In this document: piece after piece, positions 1 through 11,929 of the stretch
How positions within the stretch are numbered: position 1 is the first letter of the stretch
Layout: every line of letters begins with the position of its first letter
Assembly: GCF_036321535.1 (NCBI RefSeq)
Contig: NC_087449.1
Location: 29,388,001-29,452,000 of the forward strand
DNA length: 64,000 bases
Reading direction: 5' to 3'
Origin: Camelus dromedarius
Lineage: Eukaryota
Translations under genes and position numbers: made by a program
The notes under the pieces: generated by a model
Databases searched by the model: none
Seen by the model: the letters and a program-made list of their open reading frames with translations, nothing else
What the model was told of the DNA's origin: nothing

Positions 1-194
1 TACAGGTTGATCTGAGCACTTCTGTTCGGTTCTCGGGGCCAGGTGGGAGCTGCATTGTGCTTTTCCTGTGTACCTTTCACGGAACATTTAACAGGATCAG
101 ACATTAGCATGTGGTTTGGTACGACACAGCTTTGAACCTGCAGGGGTGGTCAACTCTATTGGTGGAGGGTAACAGCTAGGAAGGAAGTAGTAGA

Positions 195-400
195 GACTGA
201 TGAAGTCAAGCAGACCTGTGTTCAAATCCTGGCTGTGCCACTTAGAAGCTGGTGGGACCAAGACCAGTTCCTTAAGCTCTCTGTGCCTCAGTGTCCTCAA
301 AAAAATAAAAAAATAAAAAAAGGAGGAGGAAGGATAAAAATAGTGCCTGCCTTATAAACATGAAAGCCAAATGACTTGATGGATGTGTAGCTTATCACAC
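195..400 (+). mobile_element. MIR SINE relic
   Basis: Core-like gttcaaatcctggctgtgccactta...ctctctgtgcctcagt. Confidence 0.7.
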
Positions 401-1199
401 AGGGTAAATTCTGAATAAAATATAGCAGAAGAATTCTGAATCAGATCAGCAATTCAGGATGTCGAGCCAGCGTGGGCTAGGAGAAGAATGCTTGCCAGTG
501 TGGTTGTTTAAGGAGTCAGGTCCATTTTCAAATGTCTGTGCCCCTTGCAACAGTTTTCTTGGGTAGACATGAAGTAGCTCAGGTCTGTCCTTTCTTGCCC
601 ATGAATAAATGTGTCTCTCTCAGGGTAGCCACATGATGGTGAGATTGTGCACCCATCATCGTTAAGGAGAAGAGGCTACAATCACTATTTCAGTCATACA
701 AAAATATATTCTTTTGTAGTGACTCTGGGACACGCTGCAGATGAGTGTAATTCATCTTTTTGCCCATGTCTTTATTTTGTGTGTATTTTTCCCTTAGGAG
801 GGAACGTTCTCCCCATCATGTGAAATTCATGCACCTGATGCAGAATTCCTCTGCAGCCACTGAACTAATGCATTGTCGCTTTTCCTTGGAGGTGTCTAAG
901 TGGTAGGACTCTGTGTTAATCATCAGTCCTGAAAGGTGTCATTTAACAGCAGGGGAAATATGTTACTCTGTGCATTAATGGAAAAGAGATTATTTTCAAA
1001 CATTTCAAAACCCTGAGGACCCTCTTCAGGGAACTTCCTTTTTTCCTCCCCCCCCTTACCCACTTAGAGAAAAGCTACCACAGGTTTCCATGATTTAGAA
1101 ATACGGCTTTAAGTCTTGTGAAGGAAGCTTCATGTCAGAAAATTCAACACAGAATGTGTGGTGTGGATGCTACACAGATCCCTGATGCATAACGGGGTT

Positions 1200-1228
1200 A
1201 AAAACAAAACAAAACAAAACAACAAAAC
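1200..1228. repeat. (AAAAC)n microsatellite
   Basis: Directly visible. Confidence 0.9.
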
Positions 1229-2010
1229 TCCTTTTGCCCAAAGTGTTGTGGTGATTTTACAAAAGCAAGGTAAGGGTTAGAGAAGCGTTCGGGAGTTCTT
1301 CCAATGCCTGGTGGTTTGTGATGGAAAATATCCCAGTTAGAGCATAAAGGAGAGAGAAAAGTAAAGGAATATGGAACAGAGGGGGGCTGTGTCGAAGGTC
1401 CCAGGGTCGCAGATGAAGACAGTCCACACTCCTGAGAATAGCGGGCAGGCCCAGGGTCACTTGCTCAGATCTTGAGGGGCCCTAGGTTTCCTGCTCCCAG
1501 GTGGGAAGGAAATGGGTCCGAGTTGTGTGTTGGCTCCCATGGCCTCCCCTCCACCTGGCTGGGCCTACCTCTTACCTCTGTGGGCGGAACACTGTGTCTG
1601 GGAAGAATGAAGGGGCTAGGCCAAGGGCGGTTACGGCTTTTCCCCTGGAGAACCCTAGAGTCTTACTGGAGGGAGAACAGAACCCAAACCAGAGATCGAG
1701 GGACAAACACGAGAGGCGTTTCTAGAGGGGCCAAGCCAAGTGACAGGGCTCAGGCTTCACGTAGTTGGTTCAAGTCAGGCAGGAGAGGGTTGGCCGCGGT
1801 CAGTTACTGAGCTGGCATCCGGGGGGTACTTGTAGGCGGGAGAAAAGCGTCCTGGTTGGCTTCCTTGAGGGTAGAGTGGTTTTCATTCCTGACTCTGGCA
1901 AGGAGAGTGACGTAGGGAGAGTTTTGTCCCCTTTCTGTGCCTATATGGTGGGGTGATGAGGCCTGTGTCACCAGCACTTGAGAACTTAAATGAGGCAACA
2001 GTTGCAAGAC

Positions 2011-2163
2011 ATATGTAAATATATGTAATTTATGTTAACCTGTCATAGATTTAATACATAACATAATATATAAAATATGTAGTATTTATATAATATAGTG
2101 TATGTATGTCATATATGTGTGTGTATATATGTGTGTGTGCATATATATGTGCATATATATATA
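2011..2163. repeat. (TA)/(TG)-rich low-complexity tract
   Basis: Directly visible alternating TA/TG/CA. Confidence 0.85.
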
Positions 2164-2249
2164 TGGTGCCCAGCCTGACTCATATTAGTTCCTGCTTCTC
2201 AGCCACCCTTCATGAATTTTGCAGCCTTTTATTTATATTGCGAGCCGTA

Positions 2250-2440
2250 GATCAAGGGTCACCTCCTTCATGAAGATTTTCACTTTCTAAGCCTGGACAC
2301 AACTGCCCCCCTCTCTTTGGGTTTCCCACCGCTGCCTTCAGCTGTAGTCCTTGTGGCAGTGTAGCAGACTTCTTCATTGATCGGTGGTCTGTTTTCTGCA
2401 GTGGACTGGGAGCTTCTGGGGGACAGAAAGCCTGCTCTTC
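2250..2440 (+). mobile_element. L2 LINE fragment
   Basis: ggtcacctccttcatgaag...ggactgggagcttctgggggacag resembles the L2 3' region. Confidence 0.45.
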
Positions 2441-2446
2441 TCTGTA

Positions 2447-2987
2447 TGGGCACGCACGGCATCGTTTTCTTGTGCTTCGCTTTACTGCNNNNNNNNNNNN
2501 NNNNNNNNNNNNNNNNNNNNNNNNNNNNNNNNNNNNNNNNNNNNNNNNNNNNNNNNNNNNNNNNNNNNNNNNNNNNNNNNNNNNNNNNNNNNNNNNNNNN
2601 NNNNNNNNNNNNNNNNATTGTGGTAATTCTTGCCATATTTCACATTTTTCCATAATTGTTTTATTTGTTATGGCGACTTGTGATCAGTGACCTTCGTTAT
2701 TGCAACTCGCTGAAGGCTCAGATAATGGTTAGCATTGTTTCAGCAAAAAGTATTTTTTCAAAAAGACAATTGTATTTTAATTTTAATTTCTTGGTCTATG
2801 AAAAAAGTATTTTTTAATTGAGGTATGTAACTGTATTTTTAGACATAAATGCTGTTGCACACACTTAATGACTACCCGTGTATTGTAAACATAGCTTTAA
2901 TATGCACTGGGAAACCAGGAAATCCGGGTGACTTGCTTTACTGCCGTAGTCTGGAAGCGAACCCCCAGGATCTCTGAGGTGTGCCTG
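2447..2987 (+). mobile_element. Tigger1-derived MITE (TcMar-Tigger), copy 1
   Basis: Internal gcaactcgctgaaggctcagataatggttagcat; right end gaggtgtgcctg resembles the Tigger1 TIR; matches copies at 20736 and 42331; contains an N gap. Confidence 0.85.
2489..2616. other. Assembly gap (128 N) inside Tigger MITE
   Basis: N run; size is close to the missing segment seen in copy 2 (~123 nt). Confidence 0.95.
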
Positions 2988-3959
2988 TGCCCCCTTCTCT
3001 CAGCGCCTTGCCTGCCACAGAGGAAACCCTCAGGAAATTTTGTGTATGTCAGCTTGTCTTTTTCAGGCTCGTGTTGCTGTGTCATTTGAGGTGCATTTCT
3101 ATTTCTGTGCCTCCCCAAATACTCTCCCTGATTGCTCCAGGGCGGTGGTGATCAGACAGCCAGCGCTCCATCTAGGAGGAACCTGAAAGTTTTCAGGAGG
3201 AGTTCGTTTTCTTGAGGTTTGAGTGAAAACAAAGAAGTTATGCTGCAGTGTCAGGGGAGCCCCAGAGCTCATCCGCACCCAGCAGTGTGGTGACGCCCTC
3301 ATTTCCCCTTCAGCCCTTGCTTACTTGGAACTCTGTTTTTAGCGGCATCTTAGCCACAGTAGGACTGGGAAGGTGGACCTGACACTTAAAGAAAACCCCA
3401 AAAATACAGCCGAAAACCAAATCGCAATGGACCTTTTGGATTAGCTGTGCCATTTTCATCTCTCATTAGTGCTGATAATTAGCAAAATTAAGGATGGGCA
3501 TTTAAATTATGGCTGAGACAACAAAACATCTCGAGGAATGAAATTACTATTCAACTTACATTTTCAGTGAGATCTTGAAATCACTGAAATGAGTCTGAAC
3601 AGCGCCTTGATCCTGGGGGTTCTGAACTCCACAACCAAAGTGGAGCATTGGAGTAATGATAAAAAGCATTGTGATGACCATTCTCTTATACATTTGTGCA
3701 GCACATTAGAGCTTATAAGCCTCTTTCGTATCAGTAGAATCTTAGCCAATTAGAACCGGAAGGGATCACAGTGGTCAAGTTGTCATGCAGCCCCTTCATC
3801 TCACAGATGAGGGAAATGGGATTTTTTTCCCCCCACTGCTTTAAAATCACTTCAAAATGCATGAACAGTTAGAATGACTATTACTTCAAAATAGCCTTAC
3901 TTGGATAGTCTTATTTTTTTTTATAGTTGTTCCTTATGCATCATTTTGGGCCTGGACAT

Positions 3960-3960
3960 T

Positions 3961-4024
<64 letters not shown>
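3960..4024. repeat. (TTTA)n microsatellite derived from the L1 tail
   Basis: About 16 perfect units, directly visible. Confidence 0.95.
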
Positions 4025-4029
<5 letters not shown>

Positions 4030-4768
4030 ACATTTTTTATTGATTTATAATCATTTTACAATGTTGTGTCGAATTCCAGTGTTCAGCACAACTTTTCAGT
4101 CATTCATGGACATATACACACTCATTGTCACATTTTTTTCTCTGTGAGTTATCATAACATTTTGTGTATATTTCCCTGTGCTATACAGTGTAATCTTGTT
4201 TATCTGTTCTACAATTTTGAATTCCCAATCTATCCCTTCCCACCCTCCACCCCCCTGGTAACCACAAGTCTGTATTCTCTGTCTGTGAGTCTATTTCTGT
4301 CCTGTATTTACGCTTTGTTTTTGTTTGTTTGTTTGTTTTTGTTTTTGTTTTTTAGATTCCACATATGAGCGATCTCATATGGTATTTTTCTTTCTCTTTC
4401 TGGCTTACTTCACTTAGAATGNNNNNNNNNNNNNNNNNNNNNNNNNNNNNNNNNNNNNNNNNNNNNNNNNNNNNNNNNNNNNNNNNNNNNNNNNNNNNNN
4501 NNNNNNNNNNNNNNNNNNNNNNNNNNNNNNNNNNNNNNNNNNNNNNNNNNNNNNNNNNNNNNNNNNNNNNNNNNNNNNNNNNNNNNNNNNNNNNNNNNNN
4601 NNNNNNNNNNTCCTGAAGTAGGGTTCCTTCTGGATACAAGCCCAGGAGTGGGATTCCTGGGTCATATGGTAAGTCTATTCATAGTCTTTTGAGGAATCTC
4701 CACACTGTTTTCCATAGTGGCTGCACCAAACTGCATTCCCACCAGCAGTGTAGGAGGGTTCCCCTTTC
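3964..4768 (-). mobile_element. Young 5'-truncated LINE-1 (3' UTR plus ORF2 C-terminus) with (TAAA)n tail
   Basis: Perfect TSD tgggcctggacatttta at 3947-3963 and 4769-4785; ILSEVSQKEKEKYHMRSLICGI matches the ORF2p C-terminus; N gap 4422-4610. Confidence 0.95.
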
Positions 4769-4829
4769 TGGGCCTGGACATTTTAAATCTAAGCACTAAA
4801 TACTTATAAAAAGCAACAAGGAATTACTT

Positions 4830-5150
4830 CTTTTATGAAGCTATAATTGACACAGAACATCATACTAGTTTCAGGTGTACAGCACAGTGATTTGCTTTAT
4901 GTATATATTAGGGAACTGATCACTGTAGTCACTTTAGTTAATAGTCATCACATAGTTACAGTTTTTTTTTTTTTTTTCTTATGGTGAGAACTTTTAAGGT
5001 CAACTCTTTGGGCAACTTTCAAACGTACCCTACAGTATGGTTAACTGTAGTCACATGCTGTACATTACATCCCAGGACCGACTTATCTTGTAACTGGAGG
5101 TTTGTACCATTTGACTATCTTCTCCCATCTTGCCCTCTCCCTCCCTCCCC
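4830..5150 (-). mobile_element. Older LINE-1 3' UTR fragment
   Basis: tagtttcaggtgtacagcacagtgatt...ggtgagaacttttaag...catgctgtacattacatccc, typical of laurasiatherian L1 3' ends. Confidence 0.75.
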
Positions 5151-5272
5151 CGCCTGCTGCCCAGGGAACTGGCATATCCTGTCTGATGGTCCCAGCAAGC
5201 CTATCTTGCTAGGTAGGCAGGGCAAGCATTACTAGAAGCCAAGGATTGGTGGTGAATGTTTGGCACCCCCCC

Positions 5273-5470
5273 CTTTTTTTTAAATTAAATTGAAGTATAG
5301 TCAGTTACAGTGTATCAGCTTCCAGTGTACAGCACACTGTCCCAGTCATGCAATATATTCATTTTTTTAATTCTTTTTCTTTAAAAGTTTTTACAAGATA
5401 TTGAATATAGTTCCCTATGCTCTACAAATTTGTTTTTTAATCTATTTTTTATATATAGTGGTTAACATTT
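5273..5470 (-). mobile_element. Short LINE-1 3' end
   Basis: Poly-T then aattgaagtatagtcagttacagtgtatcag, the reverse complement of the L1 terminus ctgactatacttcaatt. Confidence 0.85.
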
Positions 5471-5600
5471 GGGTGTGAGCCCTTTTAATACAGTGGAGTG
5501 GGACTTTGACGCTGCCCTGCTGACCCCAAGTCCTGCCATATTTTGAACAACCTGCTGTTACTGACAGTGTACCTGCTCAGAGGGACCTTCCTTGATCTTC

Positions 5601-6797
5601 TTTCTTCATTCATTCATTCATTTGTTCATTCATCTTTTTTACATTTTTTTAAATTGAGTTAGTCAGTTTACAATGTTGTGTCAAATTCCAGTGTAGAGCA
5701 CAGTTTTTCAGTTATACATGAACGTACGTGTATTCATTGTCACATTCTTTTTCTCTGTGAGCTACCACAAGATCTTGTATACATTTCCCTGTGTTATATG
5801 GTATAATCTTGTTTATCTATTCTACATATGTCTGTTAGTATCTACAAATTTCAAACTCCCAGTCTGTCCCTTCCCACCCTCCTCCCCCTTGGCAACCACA
5901 AGTTTGTATTCTATGTCTATGAGTCTGTTTCTGTTTCTGTTTCTGTTTTGTATTTATTTATTTATTTATTTTTTTAAAGATTCCACATATGAGTAATCTC
6001 ATATAGTATTTTTCTTCCTCTTTCTGGCTTACTTCGCTTAGAATGACATTCTCCAGGAGCATCCATGTTGCTGCAAATGNNNNNNNNNNNNNNNNNNNNN
6101 NNNNNNNNNNNNNNNNNNNNNNNNNNNNNNNNNNNNNNNNNNNNNNNNNNNNNNNNNNNNNNNNNNNNNNNNNNNNNNNNNNNNNNNNNNNNNNNNNNNN
6201 NNNNNNNNNNNNNNNNNNNNNNNNNNNNNNNCATTTTGAAGTAGGGTTCCTTCTGGATATATGCCCAGGAGTGGGATTCCTGGGTCCTATGGTAAGNNNN
6301 NNNNNNNNNNNNNNNNNNNNNNNNNNNNNNNNNNNNNNNNNNNNNNNNNNNNNNNNNNNNNNNNNNNNNNNNNNNNNNNNNNNNNNNNNNNNNNNNNNNN
6401 NNNNNNNNNNNNNNNNNNNNNNNNNNNNNNNATNNNNNNNNNNNNNNNNNNNNNNNNNNNNNNNNNNNNNNNNNNNNNNNNNNNNNNNNNNNNNNNNNNN
6501 NNNNNNNNNNNNNNNNNNNNNNNNNNNNNNNNNNNNNNNNNNNNNNNNNNNNNNNNNNNNNNNNNNNNNNNNNCTTCTGCCCATTTTTGGATTGGGTTGT
6601 TTGTTTTTTTCTTATTAAGTCATACGAGCTGCTTATATATTCTGGAGATCAAGCCTTTGTCGGTTTCATCGTTTGCAAAAATTTTCTCCCATTCCGTAGT
6701 TTGTCGTTTTGTTTTGTTTATTGTTTCTTTTGCTGTGCAGAAGCTTGTAAGTTTCATTGGGTCCCATTTGTTTATTCTTGCTTTTGTTTCTGTTGGG
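5601..6797 (-). mobile_element. 5'-truncated LINE-1 with ORF2 C-terminal remnants and (TGAA)n-type tail
   Basis: [38 protein letters not shown] and FAATWMLLENVILSEVSQ match ORF2p; near-TSD ccttYcttgatcttc at 5586-5600 and 6798-6812; gaps 6080-6231 and 6297-6573. Confidence 0.92.
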
Positions 6798-7202
6798 CCT
6801 TTCTTGATCTTCAACTCGATCAGCCCTGCCCCATCCTGCCTTTCTCTGTCACTCCCTCTCCTTGCCCTGTGTGATGTTACTGTTCTGATTACCACCTTAC
6901 GTTATAGAAGGTATATTTTTCTTTTATCCATTGATTTTGTCGGCCAGAATATAAGCTTCATGGACTTCATCTGTTTGGTTCACAGCTAGAATCCAGGCAT
7001 CCAAAACAGTTCCCGCCACACCATAGCTACTCAGTAAATACTTGATAAGTGATTGAATGGATCATTAAAGAGGTAGATGGCAAATTCAGATAGTCTGAAG
7101 TAAAGAGACTTAAAAAAATAAAACCTCATTATATTTTCAGAACTTGATATATGGGTCAGAAAGTAGCCTATCCATTTGCTCTGCTGTGACTGCAGCTTTC
7201 AG

Positions 7203-7570
7203 TAATTCATTCATTGAACAAATATTTCAGAGTCAATTAGGTTCCTGTGTTCTAGACACTGTTCCGGGTGTTTGGAAACCGCAGTTGCAGAACACATTTG
7301 AAATGGCTCTCAAAGGGGAGCTTTCTTTTCTTTCCTTTTTTTTTTTTTTTTTTTTGGTAATTGAGATGACAGTAAGTTTAAGTAATAGAATTCATAAGTA
7401 AACTTATAATCTGCATCTGTATATGTACTATAAGAATTAAAATATGAATAAACAAGCAAGACAGAGATAAGCCTGGGGTTTCCATCCTACATGGGGTGGC
7501 CTGGAAAGTCTCCCTGAGAATTGACATTTCATATTTGATGAATGAGCATGCAGTTGTTAATTGTTTGTCG
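7203..7570 (-). mobile_element. L2 3' end relic
   Basis: attcattcattgaacaaatattt start and gaaagtctccctgagaattgacattt. Confidence 0.65.
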
Positions 7571-7625
7571 GAAGGATGCACGGTTTAAAATACGAGTTGT
7601 TTATGCATCAAAACATCTGGGAAGT

Positions 7626-7966
7626 GTGGAATCTAAAAAAAATTAAGGACAAACTTATTTATAAGACAGAAACAGACTCACAGATATAGAAAACCAACTT
7701 ACGGTTACCAGGCAGGAAGTGGGTGGGAAGGGATAAATTGGGAGTTTGAGATTTGCAGATACTGACTGGTATATATAAAATAGATAAACAAGTTTATACT
7801 GTATAGCACAGGGAACTATACTCGGTATCTTTTAGTAGCTTATGGTGAAAAAGAATGTGAAAACGAATAAACGTACGTTCATGTATGATTGAAGAATTGA
7901 GCTGTACACTAGAAATCGACATAACATGGTAAACTGACTATATTTCAATTAAAAAAGTGAAAAAAA
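7626..7966 (+). mobile_element. LINE-1 3' UTR, 5'-truncated
   Basis: TSD atctgggaagt at 7615-7625 and 7967-7977; ends aaactgactatatttcaatt plus A-rich tail. Confidence 0.92.
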
Positions 7967-8179
7967 ATCTGGGAAGTAGCATTCTTGAAGTGAGATGCAT
8001 AGAAGGCTTCCAAGCTCCTACTTGTGAAATCAAGTTGAAGCTGAAATAGTACCTGGCATGTGGATCCCCCCTCTGCCTTCTCCCTCCTCCTCTGAAATGG
8101 ATCGGAACTGCCACACTGGAGCTGACCACAGCGAAGCCATGATGTGGATGGTGCTCAGCCCAGCTAAGCCCCGTTGTGA

Positions 8180-8345
8180 TGGGAAGAGCAGATTTGGTTC
8201 GAACCTCACTCACCTCTTCCGTTTCCCAGCTCTGTGACCTTCCCAGCTCTGGGGTTTTTCTTCTTTCAATGATGATAATATCTACATTAGCCATGTTTCT
8301 AACGTGCCTCCCAGTTCCTGACCTGCAACAGTAGTGCAACAAATG
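8180..8345 (+). mobile_element. MIR relic
   Basis: Degenerate ttggttcgaacc...agctctgtgaccttccc core. Confidence 0.5.
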
Positions 8346-9329
8346 TTAATTTCTTTCCCCTTTTGTATCCATTGTGCATTAAAATCACCCTTGTTATTGA
8401 GGGATTAGAGTATAATGCAAGTGTGAAAAAGAAGGAGTCCAAAGCTTTTTCTGGGCACAGGCGCCAGTGATAATTGCAGGGCCGTGATACATGCTAACCA
8501 TCTCATCTCGGCTCATAAATGCTGGTACATTTTAATCAGATTTTAGATGTTATGAAGGCTCCAAGTAATTACAGTTATTTTTGCCTTAAAATTGAACTGC
8601 TCTTATTAAAATGCTTTTATTAAGTCTTTTTTTTTTTTCCTTCTGTAGTTCTGAAAGATTGTAGAATTTCTGAGCAGATAACTGGGCACTAAACGACACT
8701 CAGAGATAAGCTCTCATTATTTAGGTGCAGGAATAGGTCCAAGAAGATGAGGTTGCTGACCAGGGACTTGCTGGTAACCCTGGAGCCTGGAGAGGAGGCA
8801 GGCTCCCCTGTCGTCTGTGCTGGCTCCTGCTCGCTCCTCTCCACCCTTGTCCTGATGTGGTGCTCTCATTCCCCTTTACAGAGTATCCCCAGGTCCGTTT
8901 TCTCTGAGGCAGTCATCATCATTATTATTTTTCAGACGAGAAAAGAGAGGCCCAAGTATGTTACTATTTGCTTGTCCACAACCATTTACCGGTGGCGTGC
9001 TGTGTGTGAGGTGCAGTGCCGGGGACCAGTCTGTGCAGGCGCCCCTGGCAGGTAGGGAAGGCCGGTCCAGGATGGGAACACGGGTCCCCCGGTCCAGCCC
9101 CGTGCTCCTTCCATTTCACTTCACCAGGGACTTAGGACCCTCTGAGTTCAAACTGCATTATTACTAATGATGGTGATGATAACCATCCTGAAGAGGACTG
9201 GGCTGTAAGGTCATACAGACGTTCCAGGACCATCAAGGCCCGCAGGCCTGCTGTGTGTCTCCGCCCACGGGGCACGTGACAGGTGTAGTAACACAGCAGG
9301 CATCACCAGGCTTCTGACCTGGGAGGCAC

Positions 9330-9530
9330 CGTGTGGAGGGGGTTCCACGCACGTGAAATCCGAGCAAAGCTTGATCATGACTGTAGTGTCATCCCTGTTT
9401 TACAGGTGACAAAACAAAGGCTTCCGGGTCTTACATAACTCACCGCGGGCCAGGTAGCTCGTGGGCAGCGCAGCTGGGAGTCTAACCCGATCTCACTGCA
9501 GAGTTCCTGGGAGGGAGCTCTTAACGGGAT
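9330..9530 (-). mobile_element. MIR relic
   Basis: atccctgttttacaggtgacaaaac, the antisense MIR core. Confidence 0.55.
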
Positions 9531-9843
9531 TACAAACTGGGACAGATGTTACCAGTGCCCGGTTCCCTCACAAACCGCCTAGACTCCGCGGTGCTTCTTT
9601 TTGCTAGAGCCTTCCCCCGCTTTCCCCTTGGTTCATCGGGGTGACCGTGGGAGCCTTCTCCTTTGAGAGGCTGCTCAGTATGCCTCTGCTCACGCCTTTG
9701 GAGCTAATTGTGTACAATTTAGCATTCCCCAAGCGCTGACAGCCCTCATTCAAACCAAGTGTGAAAGTTTTTAAATTAGCTTTCACAGTTTGATTCACAG
9801 GCAGCAAATGCAAAACAGCACAGGATTAATTTTTCCAACCACT

Positions 9844-9862
9844 ACCACCACCACCACCACCA
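9844..9862. repeat. (ACC)n trinucleotide repeat
   Basis: Directly visible. Confidence 0.85.
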
Positions 9863-10019
9863 CGGTGGCATAGCTGAAGGCTATCCTAGCTCATTTCCGT
9901 CAACAGTTAGAGAGGCTGAGCAGAGACAGTGTTCTTAGGAGAATGACGTTCTAGGAGAGACCTCTGTGCTCCAGTTACTAAAAGAATCAGATCTGCAAAT
10001 AACACATGGGCAGGACGTG

Positions 10020-10245
10020 TGAAGGGCAGGAACTTAGGCATTGGATGGTCCTGGGTTTGCATCTTGGTTGTGCTGCGTTTTGCAGCAGTTTGTCCTTGTA
10101 TACTGGTTATGCGAATTGGGACAGATCAATTACCCTTCTTTAGCCTCAGTTTGTCTCGTTGTAAAATGAGAAGAATATTTCCAAATATGTCAAGGCTCCG
10201 GTGAGGGTAAAATGATACGTGCTCTGTGTTGGTTTGGCACTGACA
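10020..10245 (+). mobile_element. MIR relic
   Basis: tttagcctcagtttgtctcgttgtaaaatgag core. Confidence 0.65.
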
Positions 10246-10344
10246 CCAGAGCAACCTCAGTCAGTCTGAGCTGTTGTTCTTAGTGTTCGCTTGAACTTCT
10301 GTTTTCCTGCAAATAGCATTCACTGTCTTAGGTAAGGAATTTTT

Positions 10345-10640
10345 TTTTTCCTTAGGAGACATTTATTGAGCATCTGGTATGTGCCAAGTGCTGTGCCCAG
10401 CACCAGAGATAAGGCATGGTAAATGCCGTGGGGGTGCAGGGAGGGAGCTTCTGACCCACTTTGGAGGGAGTGGCAGTAGAAAGCCTTGGAGTGAAGCCGA
10501 GTTTCAAAAGCTATGTAGAATCAGCCAGGTGAGGGGGTTGAAAGGGAGTTCCTGGCAGACAAAATAGCCCACAGTAAAGGCAGAGAGCTGAGAAGAAGTA
10601 AGGTCCACTCAGGGAATTTCTGGGTGCTTCCAAATGGTTG
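10345..10640 (-). mobile_element. L2 relic
   Basis: catttattgagcatctggtatgtgccaagtgctgtg...aaatagcccacagtaaaggcagagag. Confidence 0.7.
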
Positions 10641-10659
10641 GTGAGAACTATATATGAGC

Positions 10660-10745
10660 CAGTATATTAATCTGCCTCCATTTCCCCACCTGTAAAATAA
10701 TGATAGGACCTGCCTCTTAGGGCTGTTGTCAGGATAAAATGAATA
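10660..10745 (+). mobile_element. MIR core
   Basis: ctgcctccatttccccacctgtaaaataatgataggacctgcctcttagggctgttgtcaggataaaatga. Confidence 0.75.
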
Positions 10746-10761
10746 TTTTATCTCCAGGGGA

Positions 10762-11018
10762 TCTTAGTTCTCAGTGGAGGATAAGTAGGGTGAACAGGGT
10801 TCCATAGATGCTGCTACCTAAGAGCATCTCAGGGCTGCCATGACGCCAGTGGGTGTTGTGTGTCATCGTGAGGGCCTTCTTGCAGGTGGTACTCTCTGGT
10901 GGTGTGACCATTAGAGGGATGGAGAACACTTCTCTTTAGTGAATTCTTGGTCATAATGTCTTCTCGGGACCTGTGTGCTCTAAGGTTTGGGAAATGCTAT
11001 GGTTGGATGCAGCAGGGA
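10762..11018. mobile_element. Possible old hAT-type DNA transposon
   Basis: Ends agttctca... and ...aaggtttgggaaatgct resemble hAT-Charlie termini; family not determined. Confidence 0.3.
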
Positions 11019-11514
11019 AGGTCTGTGTTCTTTTTCTAAAAGAAATTAACCTGGTTCAGAGTCTAACAGTTGAAAAGAGAGAAAGAGAAGATTCAAAGAG
11101 TGTTTTCTTTCTTTTTGTTTAGGGATCCCTTGTTTGATACACAGACACACCCCCACCAGTACCTGGCATTTGAATAAGAACCCACGTTCAGAGGAGTTAG
11201 GACCTGAAGGTTTAGACAGAATCTTCCCATATTTATTTAAATATGTTCCTGGTATCCGTGTCAAGGTGACAGTTTTGTTGTACAGGTGTCTAAGGCATGG
11301 TGTGCAGAGGACTATTGAAAAATCCACAGGGCACAGAACTACGTCTCAAGGCTTGTTTGCTTAGCACTAAAACAAAGATTTGGTGCCAGGTAATCTCCCA
11401 GCTTCTTCCCAGCCACAGGGGTGAACCAGGCAGACTGCATTGATCTGCATGTAGGGAGGAACTGGGGGTGGAGGGGAGGATGGGGATTCCTGGATGTAGG
11501 GGCCCCAGATCAGA

Positions 11515-11730
11515 GGTGCAGCCTGGGAGTTAAGAGCACACTCTCTGAGATCAGACTCCCACACAGTCTCTCTGCTTGGCCGCTCACTGTAACCTCAGGC
11601 AAGTTACTGATTTCCGTGAGCCCCGATTTCCTCGTCTGTACAATGGGAGTGAAGAGCAGTAGTCACCTCCTGAGCGTTACTGTGCGAAGCTCCTCCATCA
11701 GCACGTGGGTGTGGGGAGGGCTGTGGCCGT
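11515..11730 (+). mobile_element. MIR relic
   Basis: gttaagagcac...gtaacctcaggcaagttact...tttcctcgtctgtacaatggg. Confidence 0.75.
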
Positions 11731-11929
11731 GCCGGCTGCCGGCCGGAGCCCAGGTCTCCTCTTCCCACGCAAATGAGTCAGCAACTCTGAGCCTGTTTCC
11801 TGAGATCCTCATGCCCATTGCCTAGAACTGTTGGGAGGATTAAAAGAGGTAAGTTGAACGGGTGGGCAGAATATGACCCTTCTTCTAGTGCAGAGTTCTG
11901 GTGCTGGTGTCCGACAGACCTGCTTACTG

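Noticed and set aside
5958-6989. 191-242-aa ORFs
   Set aside because: Inflated by N runs; the real residues are L1 ORF2p remnants or their antisense.
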